Part shown: one piece after another, positions 53,319 to 61,052 of the stretch
Layout: every line of letters starts with the position of its first letter
Numbering within the stretch: the first letter of the stretch is position 1
DNA from: Candidatus Woesearchaeota archaeon
GTDB lineage: Archaea; Nanobdellota; Nanobdellia; Woesearchaeales; ARS49
Assembly: GCA_038868995.1 (NCBI GenBank)
Contig: JAWCRZ010000003.1
Coordinates: 2,109-66,108 of the forward strand
Direction: 5' to 3'
DNA: 64,000 bases
Notes under the pieces: generated by a model
What the model was told of the DNA's origin: nothing
The model's database searches: none
Seen by the model: the letters and a program-made list of their open reading frames with translations, nothing else
Position numbers and translations under genes: made by a program

Positions 53319-53848
53319 CCAAGGTACTCCAGTAGTTCTTTTGGCTCGACGTGTTTCTGCCAGCACTCGCGCATTTTCCTGATAAGTGGCGCTATTTGTT
53401 TTTTGTCCTGCTGCCAAAGGTCGTGTATTTTGCGTATTAATTCCGCGTCAAGCTTATCATCCGCAATGACGTCTGTTTCCATAATTGCTCTGTATTGTTC
53501 CATCAAATGCCTGAAAATGTCAATTAGTTGTTTTTTCTCTCCGTTTGTGTAGCATCTGCATTCGTACATTGCTGTGAAGCTGTTCGGGTCAGGAGTGATT
53601 GCGCTTTCAAACAAGTCGAGTACTTGTTCAATTTTTTCTCCTATTTTGCGCTTGACCTGTCTTAAAATGAATGCTTTTTGTTCAATTAGCTCAAGTTCGA
53701 ATTCATTGTTTATTTTGTTCCATTCCGGCAGGATTGGGTGCTCTTTTCGTGCTTTTTCATATGCGTCTTTTATCATGGTTTTATTTCTCTTGCTGTCGTA
53801 TATAAAATTTGCGTCAGGAAAGGTTTTTATAGAGTTCTTTTGGAACAT
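53315..53848 (-). CDS. hypothetical helical protein translationally coupled to adk
   Basis: The ORF is trimmed to the ATG at 53848 so that it does not run through the tRNA-Thr. No motif was recognised. Confidence 0.45.
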   Translation of the reverse strand: MFQKNSIKTFPDANFIYDSKRNKTMIKDAYEKARKEHPILPEWNKINNEFELELIEQKAFILRQVKRKIGEKIEQVLDLFESAITPDPNSFTAMYECRCYTNGEKKQLIDIFRHLMEQYRAIMETDVIADDKLDAELIRKIHDLWQQDKKQIAPLIRKMRECWQKHVEPKELLEYLG

Positions 53849-53871
53849 ATTGTCAAACTTTCCCAAATTTT

Positions 53872-53944
53872 GCCACCGTAGCTCAGTAGCCAGAGCAGCT
53901 GACTTGTAATCAGCAGGTCGAGGGTGCAACTCCCTCCGGTGGCT
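53872..53944 (+). tRNA. tRNA-Thr (anticodon UGU) with atypical D and T loops
   Basis: All four stems are perfect: GCCACCG/CGGTGGC, GCTC/GAGC, GCTGA/TCAGC and GAGGG/CCCTC. The anticodon loop is CTTGTAA. The D loop AGTAGCCA lacks GG, and the T loop is TGCAACT rather than TTCRAAT. Confidence 0.8.
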
Positions 53945-54729
53945 TACCTCACCACACACGCCCCATCCTGGCATCCTTTCACGCATAGGTATTCAGCAAT
54001 GTATCCTGCCTTGTAAGAATCTTTGTCGCAAACCCCTTCAAGCAGTCCGTTCTCTCTGGGTATTCCTTGGCGTGCAATGTACTCAAAAGTGATGTCCTTC
54101 AAACACACATCCGTCCATTGCGTAAAGTTTGTTCCTATTTTTACGCGTGTTGTTGTTCCTTTGAGATATCTGTCGTTTCCATCGGAATCAATGCATCTGT
54201 CAGGAACCAGATCGGACGGATACTTTATTAGATACGCTTCAACTATCTCTCTTTCAACAAAGTCCGGTCTGAATGTCTCAACGTATACCAAAGTTGTGCC
54301 GCTGCTCCATAGTGCTGAGCGGTGGTCGTCAACAGTCAGGTATATTGCAATTAAATGTCCTTGGTGCCTGCTGATTCCTTTGTTGACGATGTCGTAAAGT
54401 TCCGATTTCAAAACTAAGTTTAGCTCTGCGCGTGTTGAAAATTTGAAAATTTGTACCAAAACAGTTGTGTCTGCTGCTTGGTAGCGTGCATCATATCTTT
54501 CAACAGGTATTATTCCGAATTTGTCCCGGACGGCGTCGGTTAGCACGGGCATGAAAGCTTCAATTGGTTTGTTAATTATGTGCGCGTTGATGTTTTCCAG
54601 TAATTTGGCATCTCGTATTGTTGTTTGGAGGACTTGTATTGGCGTTGCAGCGGGTGTTGGCTCAGATGTCAATTGCGGCTGTTGTGTGCACGCTATTATA
54701 AATAATAACAGCCAGTATCTTTTTCGCAT
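53944..54729 (-). CDS. secreted lipoprotein-like protein, unknown function
   Basis: 261 aa. The N-terminus is MRKRYWLLLFIIACTQ, a signal peptide with a Cys. Confidence 0.5.
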   Translation of the reverse strand: MRKRYWLLLFIIACTQQPQLTSEPTPAATPIQVLQTTIRDAKLLENINAHIINKPIEAFMPVLTDAVRDKFGIIPVERYDARYQAADTTVLVQIFKFSTRAELNLVLKSELYDIVNKGISRHQGHLIAIYLTVDDHRSALWSSGTTLVYVETFRPDFVEREIVEAYLIKYPSDLVPDRCIDSDGNDRYLKGTTTRVKIGTNFTQWTDVCLKDITFEYIARQGIPRENGLLEGVCDKDSYKAGYIAEYLCVKGCQDGACVVR

Positions 54730-54803
54730 AATGTGATGTGGTGAGTGAGTGTTAAAAAAGTTTATTAACTATGTAAAAATGAATGATTTGTGAGGTGGAT
54801 TAA

Positions 54804-55193
54804 ATGATAAAACTTGAAAGATATGGTGATTCATTTTACGCGGTGTTCCGCATTTTTGTCGGCTTGCTGTTTATGCAGCATGGCTTGCAGAAATTGTTTG
54901 GCTTGATTGGAGGTAATGCCGCTTCTGCGTTCAGCTTGATGTGGTTTGCAGGACTGATTGAGTTTGCTGGTGGCTTGTTGATAGCCGTCGGCTTGTTCAC
55001 GCGAATTGTTTCATTCATTGCAGGTGTTGAAATGCTTGTTGCGTATTTCAAGGCGCACTTTCCTCAGGGCTGGGTTCCGATTATGAACAGGGGTGAGTTG
55101 GCTTTGCTTTTCTTCGCGGCATTTCTGGTGTTGATGTCGCAGGGCGCTAAGAAGTGGTCTTTTGACAGTATTTGTTCAAGAAATAATCAGTAA
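54804..55193 (+). CDS. DoxX family membrane protein
   Basis: 129 aa. It has RIFVGLLFMQHGLQKLFG and four hydrophobic helices. Confidence 0.75.
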   Translation: MIKLERYGDSFYAVFRIFVGLLFMQHGLQKLFGLIGGNAASAFSLMWFAGLIEFAGGLLIAVGLFTRIVSFIAGVEMLVAYFKAHFPQGWVPIMNRGELALLFFAAFLVLMSQGAKKWSFDSICSRNNQ

Positions 55194-55702
55194 TTGCAGG
55201 GTCCTGGCGTCATGCCGATGATTCGTCCGGTCGAGCCGCAGATACGCTGGCAGACCATGCGCGCTTGTCCTTCATTGTCTGCGGTGATTGCTTCTGTTGG
55301 ACAGCTGCACGTGTAGCATTCCTGTCCTTGGGATGGATGCGGCATTATTCCTGCTTGGCAGTCGGCAAGGCATTGCCGCAGTGCTTCTCCTCCGAGTGGC
55401 TGTTGTCCGACTGATGGCCTTCCTGGTTCTGTTCCAAAGCATGCTGCCTGACAGTCGGTTACACTGCCGGGTGTTCCTATCATATATCTCCCCGGCTGGT
55501 CTTCTGTTGGTATCATTCCGCCGGCATATGCTTCGTATGGGCTTTGGAATTGGCTTGGGTCCAGTGGTATGCTGCCGTACGGTGGTCCGCGGTATGCCAT
55601 GCCTTCTGGTATTCCGTACAGCATGGTATATGTTAGTCCGATTGCCGCTATGAGCGCGAACGCAAGAAACAGGTATAGTTCTACTCTCCCTCTTTTTGGC
55701 AT
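55187..55702 (-). CDS. membrane-anchored Cys-rich protein, unknown function
   Basis: The ATG at 55702 (MPKRGRVELYLFLAF...) lies 26 nt downstream of a TATA-like box (reverse strand TTTTTAAATG). The C-terminal half has 12 Cys. The track start is a TTG at 55714. Confidence 0.5.
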   Translation of the reverse strand: MPKRGRVELYLFLAFALIAAIGLTYTMLYGIPEGMAYRGPPYGSIPLDPSQFQSPYEAYAGGMIPTEDQPGRYMIGTPGSVTDCQAACFGTEPGRPSVGQQPLGGEALRQCLADCQAGIMPHPSQGQECYTCSCPTEAITADNEGQARMVCQRICGSTGRIIGMTPGPCNY

Positions 55703-55746
55703 GGAAGGAAGCAATTATCGCTCATTTAAAAATTTTTTTAATCCAC

Positions 55747-55871
55747 GGTTAAGTCAAGTTTCTGGTGCTGGCTGCTCTTGTCCTTTGGACTCATTTTTCT
55801 CTCGCAGATGCGGAAAAATGACCTCGGCAAAGCCAAGGCTGAGCGGCCAGCACCATTAAGTTGACAGCACC
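55747..55871. mobile_element. family-1 hairpin MITE (125 bp) with perfect 9-bp target-site duplication
   Basis: It runs GGTTAAGTCAAGTTTCTGGTGCTGGCTG...CAGCACCATTAAGTTGACAGCACC and is flanked by TTAATCCAC at 55738-55746 and 55872-55880. Confidence 0.9.
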
Positions 55872-56144
55872 TTAATCCACAGTCAGCAATTCGTCCAGTT
55901 CTTTCTGCCATAGGGCGATTTGCTGGTTGATAATCTTGAGTATTAGGTTTATGTTTACTTTTTGGAAGGGGATTAGAATGTTTGCTTCAAATTTGAGTTT
56001 GAGGTCATGGTCGGCGAGCAATGGAAGTATTGCCTTGAGGTCGTCTGTGTTTTGGAATCATCTTTTCATCAATGCGCGGAGGGTATCTATTTGTTCTTGT
56101 ATGTCTGCTGGTGACTTTGTTGGGTAGCGGACATTTGTTGTCAT
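55872..56144 (-). pseudogene. 90-codon reading frame interrupted by one in-frame TGA (possible decayed small gene)
   Basis: Reverse frame gives MTTNVRYPTKSPADIQEQIDTLRALMKR*FQNTDDLKAILPLLADHDLKLKFEANILIPFQKVNINLILKIINQQIALWQKELDELLTVD. The TGA is at 56058-56060. The terminal TAA lies inside the MITE duplication. Confidence 0.25.
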
Positions 56145-56258
56145 ATGGCTTGATTGTATTGTGGAGTATTAAAACATTGTTAAAATGGTCTTTGTTTTTA
56201 TTGCACGCAACAACATTTATATAGCATCAGGGCTTTCGAATCCAAAAAGGTGATTGTG

Positions 56259-57389
56259 ATGAAACGCTTGCTGTTCCTCATCGTTCTTTTGGTTTCAGTT
56301 ACTGTTGTTTTTGCACAGTATTGTCCTTCTCCCAAGGTTGTTGATGGCGAACGTTCGCAAACGTTGCATCTGAACCGGCAGGAAACAGAGTTGTGGCTGA
56401 GATATGGCAATAATCAGAATGCTTTGCACCGTCTTGCTTCTCAGCAGGGTTATGTTGCCGTGCAGGCAGCCGAGCAGTTGAAGATGCTGGAGCGTATTTT
56501 GGCGCGCGTTGAGCAGGCGCATGAGCAGAACAAGCAGGCGATTGAGCGCCAGTTGTATCAGGACAAGTGCAAGAGCACATTTGCGATTAATGCAAAGGGC
56601 CAGTGCACTTCCCAGTTAATGCTGAGCCCTGACTGGAAGAAAAAGGCTGAATACTTTCCTGAGGGTGTCTATTCAGGCGGCTTAAAGGTTACAACTTCTG
56701 GTGTTGGCGAGTGCAGCTACCTTGCCCAAAATGTTATTGTGCCTGAAAAGCAGGGGCCGAAATACGTGATTGAGGATAGCGGTCCTTATTTTGACTGCAA
56801 TAATCCGCCTCCATTGTCGTTCTATTCACGCACTTACACAAGCGTTCACAAGGGCAGGAGCGTTATATTCCGTGTTTTTTCATATAATGACTGGGAAATT
56901 CATTGCGCGAATTTGGGAGCAAATTTCTGGGAACTCGTGAAGAAAGTTCAGTATCCTTCTTATCCTGTTGTTCAGCCTGCTCCTGTTACCGGAGGCGCTG
57001 CAGGTATTGGTAAGATTGAAACCATTCAGCGCCTTCCTGAGGGAAAGTTGACTGGCGTGTTGGTGCGCACGGATGGGAAAGGGTATCAGACGCGCTATAA
57101 TTATGTTGTGAAGAATGTTGCGTTGCGCCGTGACCAGAAGGTTGAGTTTGCGCAGGATGCGTCTGGGCTTGTGACGTCTATTGCGCCGGTGGATGATTCG
57201 ATTGGCAGGGTAGAGACGGTCAAAATGCTTCCAGGAGGCATGGTTTCGGGTGTTATTACGCGTGTTACAGGCGATGGCTCGCAGCGTTTGAATTTTTTGG
57301 TGAGCGACATGAAACTGCGGCAGGGTCAGAAGGTGAAGTTTAGGCAGTCGGCAACGGGCTTGGTTACCTCGGTTGAGTTGGTTTCTTGA
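56259..57389 (+). CDS. secreted protein with duplicated C-terminal ~62-aa domain
   Basis: The ATG at 56259 gives the signal peptide MKRLLFLIVLLVSVTVVFA. The C-terminal repeats are IGKIETIQRLPEGKLTGVLVRTDG... and IGRVETVKMLPGGMVSGVITRVTG.... Confidence 0.55.
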   Translation: MKRLLFLIVLLVSVTVVFAQYCPSPKVVDGERSQTLHLNRQETELWLRYGNNQNALHRLASQQGYVAVQAAEQLKMLERILARVEQAHEQNKQAIERQLYQDKCKSTFAINAKGQCTSQLMLSPDWKKKAEYFPEGVYSGGLKVTTSGVGECSYLAQNVIVPEKQGPKYVIEDSGPYFDCNNPPPLSFYSRTYTSVHKGRSVIFRVFSYNDWEIHCANLGANFWELVKKVQYPSYPVVQPAPVTGGAAGIGKIETIQRLPEGKLTGVLVRTDGKGYQTRYNYVVKNVALRRDQKVEFAQDASGLVTSIAPVDDSIGRVETVKMLPGGMVSGVITRVTGDGSQRLNFLVSDMKLRQGQKVKFRQSATGLVTSVELVS

Positions 57390-57774
57390 GTATGCTTGAT
57401 TTGTATTTTTCCGGCTGGTAGGCATGCGCTCTGATAATTTCAGGGTGTAGTCCTCTCTGCGCCAGAATTTCTTTCAGCTTTTCTTCATCCACTTGTTGGT
57501 CGTATCCGAGGCAGATGACGTCGGGTTTTTCCTGCTCTACAATCTTTAGTTTGTCTCTTTCGTTGCCGAGTAATGCCTTGTCAACAATTTTTTGCTCTGC
57601 AACGCGCGCAAGGCGTTCTTTTTCTTTAAATTGCGGATTTTTTCCTTCTTTTCTCGCATTTGACTCGCGCGCCACTACAACAAGATAATCGCCGTGTTTT
57701 TTCGCTTCTTCAAAATAATGTAGATGTCCTAAGTGCAAAAGGTCAAACGTGCCTGTGCACATTACTTTTCTCAT
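57364..57774 (-). CDS. ribL: cytidylyltransferase-fold nucleotidyltransferase, likely FAD synthase RibL
   Basis: 136 aa. [33 protein letters not shown] carries the (H/T)xGH motif. Its size and layout match archaeal RibL. Confidence 0.7.
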   Translation of the reverse strand: [136 protein letters not shown]

Positions 57775-58027
57775 GGTCGTATTGTATGTACGTCAGAAAT
57801 ATATCTGTCTTTCTTTTAAGGTTAAGTTATGTGGAAAGAACAGTGACGGATAAGCGCTGGTTGACGCGTGCGCAAACTCCCAGCTGCAACACGGGCCCTG
57901 TGCTGAGCGCTTGGCTAAACGCCTGGACCCCTCCTCGTTGTTCTTTTTACAGTTATAATTTCAAAGAACGAGTCCTGCCATCGTAATGTGTGTTATTGTC
58001 CGAAGGGCTCAAATGCAGAGATAAAAA

Positions 58028-58228
58028 TTATTTCGCTTTTTTCTGGAACTCGGTATACCCGCATCCGCCACAGTACAATCTGTCTTTGTGCTGTGCCATG
58101 AAGAATCCTTGGCCGCATTTTGGGCAGCTTTTGTTTTTCCTTTCTAATTTCTCGCCTTTCTTTTCGTATAATTTCCATGCGCCTTTTTCTGGGGGTCCTT
58201 TTTTCTCCGGTTTTTTTGCTTCTGGCAT
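58028..58228 (-). CDS. rps27ae: ribosomal protein S27ae (eS31)
   Basis: 66 aa. It has the zinc ribbon CPKCGQGFFMAQHKDRLYCGGCGYT. Confidence 0.9.
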   Translation of the reverse strand: MPEAKKPEKKGPPEKGAWKLYEKKGEKLERKNKSCPKCGQGFFMAQHKDRLYCGGCGYTEFQKKAK

Positions 58229-58234
58229 TTGTCA

Positions 58235-58525
58235 TCACTTCGCTGGTGCCTGTGCAGGCGCTGCTTTCTTTTCTTTTTTCTTCGGCTCTATCTTGTCAAA
58301 TTGTTCTTTAGAGGCATACGCGACTGCTTCAAAGCTCGCTTTTCCACCGCCGAATGAGCCATAGATATGTCTTATAGCAACCAATTCAGGTGCAACTCCA
58401 AGTTTTTTTCCTAATTCTTCCTGCAATTGTTTGTTGCTGGGTGTTGCTCCCTGGAATGTTATTTCTCCTGTTATTTCCTGCCTTTTCAATAATGGGTTTT
58501 CTTTCTTTTCTATTTTTAGTTCCAT
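58235..58525 (-). CDS. rps24e: ribosomal protein S24e (eS24)
   Basis: 96 aa. The N-terminus reads MELKIEKKENPLLKRQEITGEITFQGATPS. Confidence 0.9.
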   Translation of the reverse strand: MELKIEKKENPLLKRQEITGEITFQGATPSNKQLQEELGKKLGVAPELVAIRHIYGSFGGGKASFEAVAYASKEQFDKIEPKKKEKKAAPAQAPAK

Positions 58526-58714
58526 TTAGGTCACCTTGATGGCGTATTCGCCGTCTGCTTCTGCTCCGATTTTCTTTGCTATTCCTGATTGTTTTGTGTC
58601 AACAATGTAGATGCGTCCTTTCCAGTTGGTTACGGATTGTGATGTCTTGCAGTTTGGGCATTCTTCCCCTTCGAAGAAGTATTTGCATTTCTTGCACGCT
58701 TTTTTCTTGCTCAT
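58526..58714 (-). CDS. spt4: transcription elongation factor Spt4 (RpoE'')
   Basis: 62 aa. It has CKKCKYFFEGEECPNC followed by WKGRIYIVD. Confidence 0.85.
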   Translation of the reverse strand: MSKKKACKKCKYFFEGEECPNCKTSQSVTNWKGRIYIVDTKQSGIAKKIGAEADGEYAIKVT

Positions 58715-59292
58715 TTCTCTTTCTCCTTGGCTTTCTTCTCAGCTTTTTCTTCCTTTGCAGCCGCTTCTTCTGCAAGCCACTCGAGCTTGCCCAGCCCTGG
58801 CTGCCGCATTGTTAGGCCAATCTTTGGGTTGGTAACATCTTTGAATGATACTGCTATTACTCTTGCCCTGCACGTGTCTCCTACTTTTAATACTCTTTTG
58901 CTGTCTCTGCCTGAAAGAGTCTTGTCTTTTGCAAAACTGACAAAGTCGTCCATTGTCTGCGAGATGTGTATCATGCCGTCAATTGGACCCAGCGTGATAA
59001 ATGCGCCGAAATCTGCAATGTCCTTTATTTTGCCCTGGCACACTTCTGACATTTCTGGTGTGAATGCCAATAACTCAAAGGTCGTATCGTAATAGCTTGC
59101 GCCATCGCCCGGAATAATAACCCCTTCGCCAATCTCTTTGATGTTCGCAACGTCTATTACAACTCCAAGGTTTGGGTCTATTAAGCCGTCATATTTCTGC
59201 TTGACTGCCTTCAGAACTGCTTCATTTACATCGAATGCAAACAGCCTGGGCGGTACTCTGATGTGGTCTTTGACTTCTACTTTGTAAAACAT
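58711..59292 (-). CDS. rpoE1: RNA polymerase subunit Rpo7 (RpoE')
   Basis: The N-terminus reads MFYKVEVKDHIRVPPRLF. It has an S1 domain (GKIKDIADFGAFITLGPIDGMIHISQ) and a Lys/Glu-rich tail. Confidence 0.9.
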   Translation of the reverse strand: MFYKVEVKDHIRVPPRLFAFDVNEAVLKAVKQKYDGLIDPNLGVVIDVANIKEIGEGVIIPGDGASYYDTTFELLAFTPEMSEVCQGKIKDIADFGAFITLGPIDGMIHISQTMDDFVSFAKDKTLSGRDSKRVLKVGDTCRARVIAVSFKDVTNPKIGLTMRQPGLGKLEWLAEEAAAKEEKAEKKAKEKEK

Positions 59293-59376
59293 TTTGTGGT
59301 CTCCATCAATAACGGCAGGAAGAGAACCCCCGTTATCTCATCTGCAGATGGAAAACCAGCTGCCCCTTTATAAAGG

Positions 59377-59760
59377 TTACGCCTTCACAACTGCAAGCTT
59401 TTTCTGCCCTCTGATTATTACAACATCCTGTTTTTTCTTCTTGAGCTTTTGTTTCAGTGCCTTGTCCATAGTGGCTATTATGTGTCGTTCATCGGCTTTT
59501 TCAAGCAATAGCTTGTCTGTATGCCCGCCGGATGTTGCAATTATTGTTACGTGCTTTGTAAGCAATATTGTCTTCGCAAGTTTTGCCCATTGTCCTTCTT
59601 TTTTTCCACGCGCGATTATTGCATCCAATTCTTCCAGTGTCCTGTCAAGCACAGCAACTTCAAATGAAGTGTCCAATATTCTTGTCAGTTCTGCGTGTAT
59701 GTCTATCTTGTGCTTTGCGCATTCTATTAGGAAGTTAGTGTCCACGAGTACGGTTTTCAT
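59377..59760 (-). CDS. PIN-domain nuclease, Fcf1/Utp24-like
   Basis: The ATG at 59760 gives MKTVLVDTNFLIE. It heads the conserved PIN-Rpo7-Spt4-S24e-S27ae cluster. Confidence 0.75.
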   Translation of the reverse strand: MKTVLVDTNFLIECAKHKIDIHAELTRILDTSFEVAVLDRTLEELDAIIARGKKEGQWAKLAKTILLTKHVTIIATSGGHTDKLLLEKADERHIIATMDKALKQKLKKKKQDVVIIRGQKKLAVVKA

Positions 59761-60913
59761 GGCTGCGTGCTGCAAAAGTTGTTATGGTTGCAAGAACAAT
59801 GCTGTAAAGGATGAATGTGAGTGTCATGTCAATGACGGTTGCGATTTCCGAGAGGTCGTATACTGCCAGTACAAAGACAACTGCAACGGAAGCCAGTCCT
59901 TTTGGCGCGCTTAATGTCATGAACATTTTTTCTGATGTGCTGTAATTGTCTCCCCACGTGCCGAGCGATACTGCTGCAAACCGTATTGCGAGATATGCTG
60001 CAAAGAGAAGCCCTGATGTGATGAAAAATTCAAAGGTGTAGGGAATGTCAATGATGACTCCTGTCAGTACAAACACAAGCACGTATAGCGCTTTTGTTAG
60101 TACACTTTCTGCTGTGAGCAGTTTGAATTTTTCTTTTACATAAACGTTGCCAAGGAAAAGGCCGAGTGTTGATGCTGCCAATACTCCTGCTCCTCCGAGG
60201 TTTTCTGCAAGGACGTATGCCAATAGCGCTGCAATGATGACTGCCAGTGGCGAATATACTTCTGTGTATGCATGCTGGACAAGTTTGAAGAGAATTACCC
60301 CGACAAATATGCCTGCGCCTAATCCTACAATTATGTTGAGCAAAAATGGTACGAGCTGCTCAAACAAACTGCTGAGTGCCATTGACGGCACGCTTTGCAT
60401 CAGCTTGATGACCAGGAATGGCAGGATTACTGTGAATGGTGTGTTGAAGATGCTTTCAAGACGCAATAGTGTTTTTGGGCGCGTTTTTGTTATCAGTCCA
60501 AGTGTAATTTCTGGTGCTGTGCCTATCATTATTGTTGCAAGCAATAAACTGCTGTAAATTGACAGACCGAGAAGGAACTGTGCGATTGTAGTGAAGAATA
60601 CGGCCAGGAATACGACGACGCAGATTGTCAGCTTGAATGCTTTTGCACTGAAGGTGTCCAGCTCGCGCAGACGTAATTGAGTTGTCGAGTCAAAGCTGAC
60701 CATTGCCAGTGCCAATATTGCCAGTCCGTTTAGGAATGTTATTGGCACTTGCACGACTGGCTGTCCGTGGTAGGTAAGTTGTGCGAGCAGCATGCCTGCA
60801 ATCAGAAGCAGGAGGACATCAGGCACTCTTAGTTTTTTTCCTATCCAGGAGCAGAGCACTCCGACGAATAACAACACTGAGATGGAGGTGATTATTAGCA
60901 ATGCTTCCTGCAT
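59735..60913 (-). CDS. cation:proton antiporter (Na+/H+ exchanger family)
   Basis: 392 aa with about 11-12 TM helices. The Gly/Ala-rich helices are typical of CPA transporters. Confidence 0.65.
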   Translation of the reverse strand: MQEALLIITSISVLLFVGVLCSWIGKKLRVPDVLLLLIAGMLLAQLTYHGQPVVQVPITFLNGLAILALAMVSFDSTTQLRLRELDTFSAKAFKLTICVVVFLAVFFTTIAQFLLGLSIYSSLLLATIMIGTAPEITLGLITKTRPKTLLRLESIFNTPFTVILPFLVIKLMQSVPSMALSSLFEQLVPFLLNIIVGLGAGIFVGVILFKLVQHAYTEVYSPLAVIIAALLAYVLAENLGGAGVLAASTLGLFLGNVYVKEKFKLLTAESVLTKALYVLVFVLTGVIIDIPYTFEFFITSGLLFAAYLAIRFAAVSLGTWGDNYSTSEKMFMTLSAPKGLASVAVVFVLAVYDLSEIATVIDMTLTFILYSIVLATITTFAARSHENRTRGH

Positions 60914-61052
60914 GTGCTGTGTGCAGCGCGAATGCTATATAAACTTTCGTCACGACCGCCCGGGGTGCAAGGTCGATGCAATGTAGCACGCTCTGTATGA
61001 TTACTCAGTCCAAACTCTATAACTTTTTAAACAAGCCAGTGATAGCACACGT

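Noticed and set aside
53849-53986. An N-terminal extension of the 53315 ORF, and similar extensions at 51686-51739 and the 17238-17492 minus ORF.
   Set aside because: They run across tRNA genes (Thr, Arg boundary, Ser). The translated segments look like tRNA-derived noise.
1372-55871. Whether the recurring 125-142 bp repeats could be a CRISPR array or other clustered repeat locus.
   Set aside because: The copies are kilobases apart, each in a different intergenic region. They are long hairpins with their own flanking duplications, and no cas genes are present.
56058-56060. The in-frame TGA as evidence of stop-codon reassignment or selenocysteine.
   Set aside because: TGA terminates well-conserved genes at their expected ends (alaS, pyrH, cca, the GT4-linked deacetylase). 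I saw no SECIS-like element or Sec machinery in the window.
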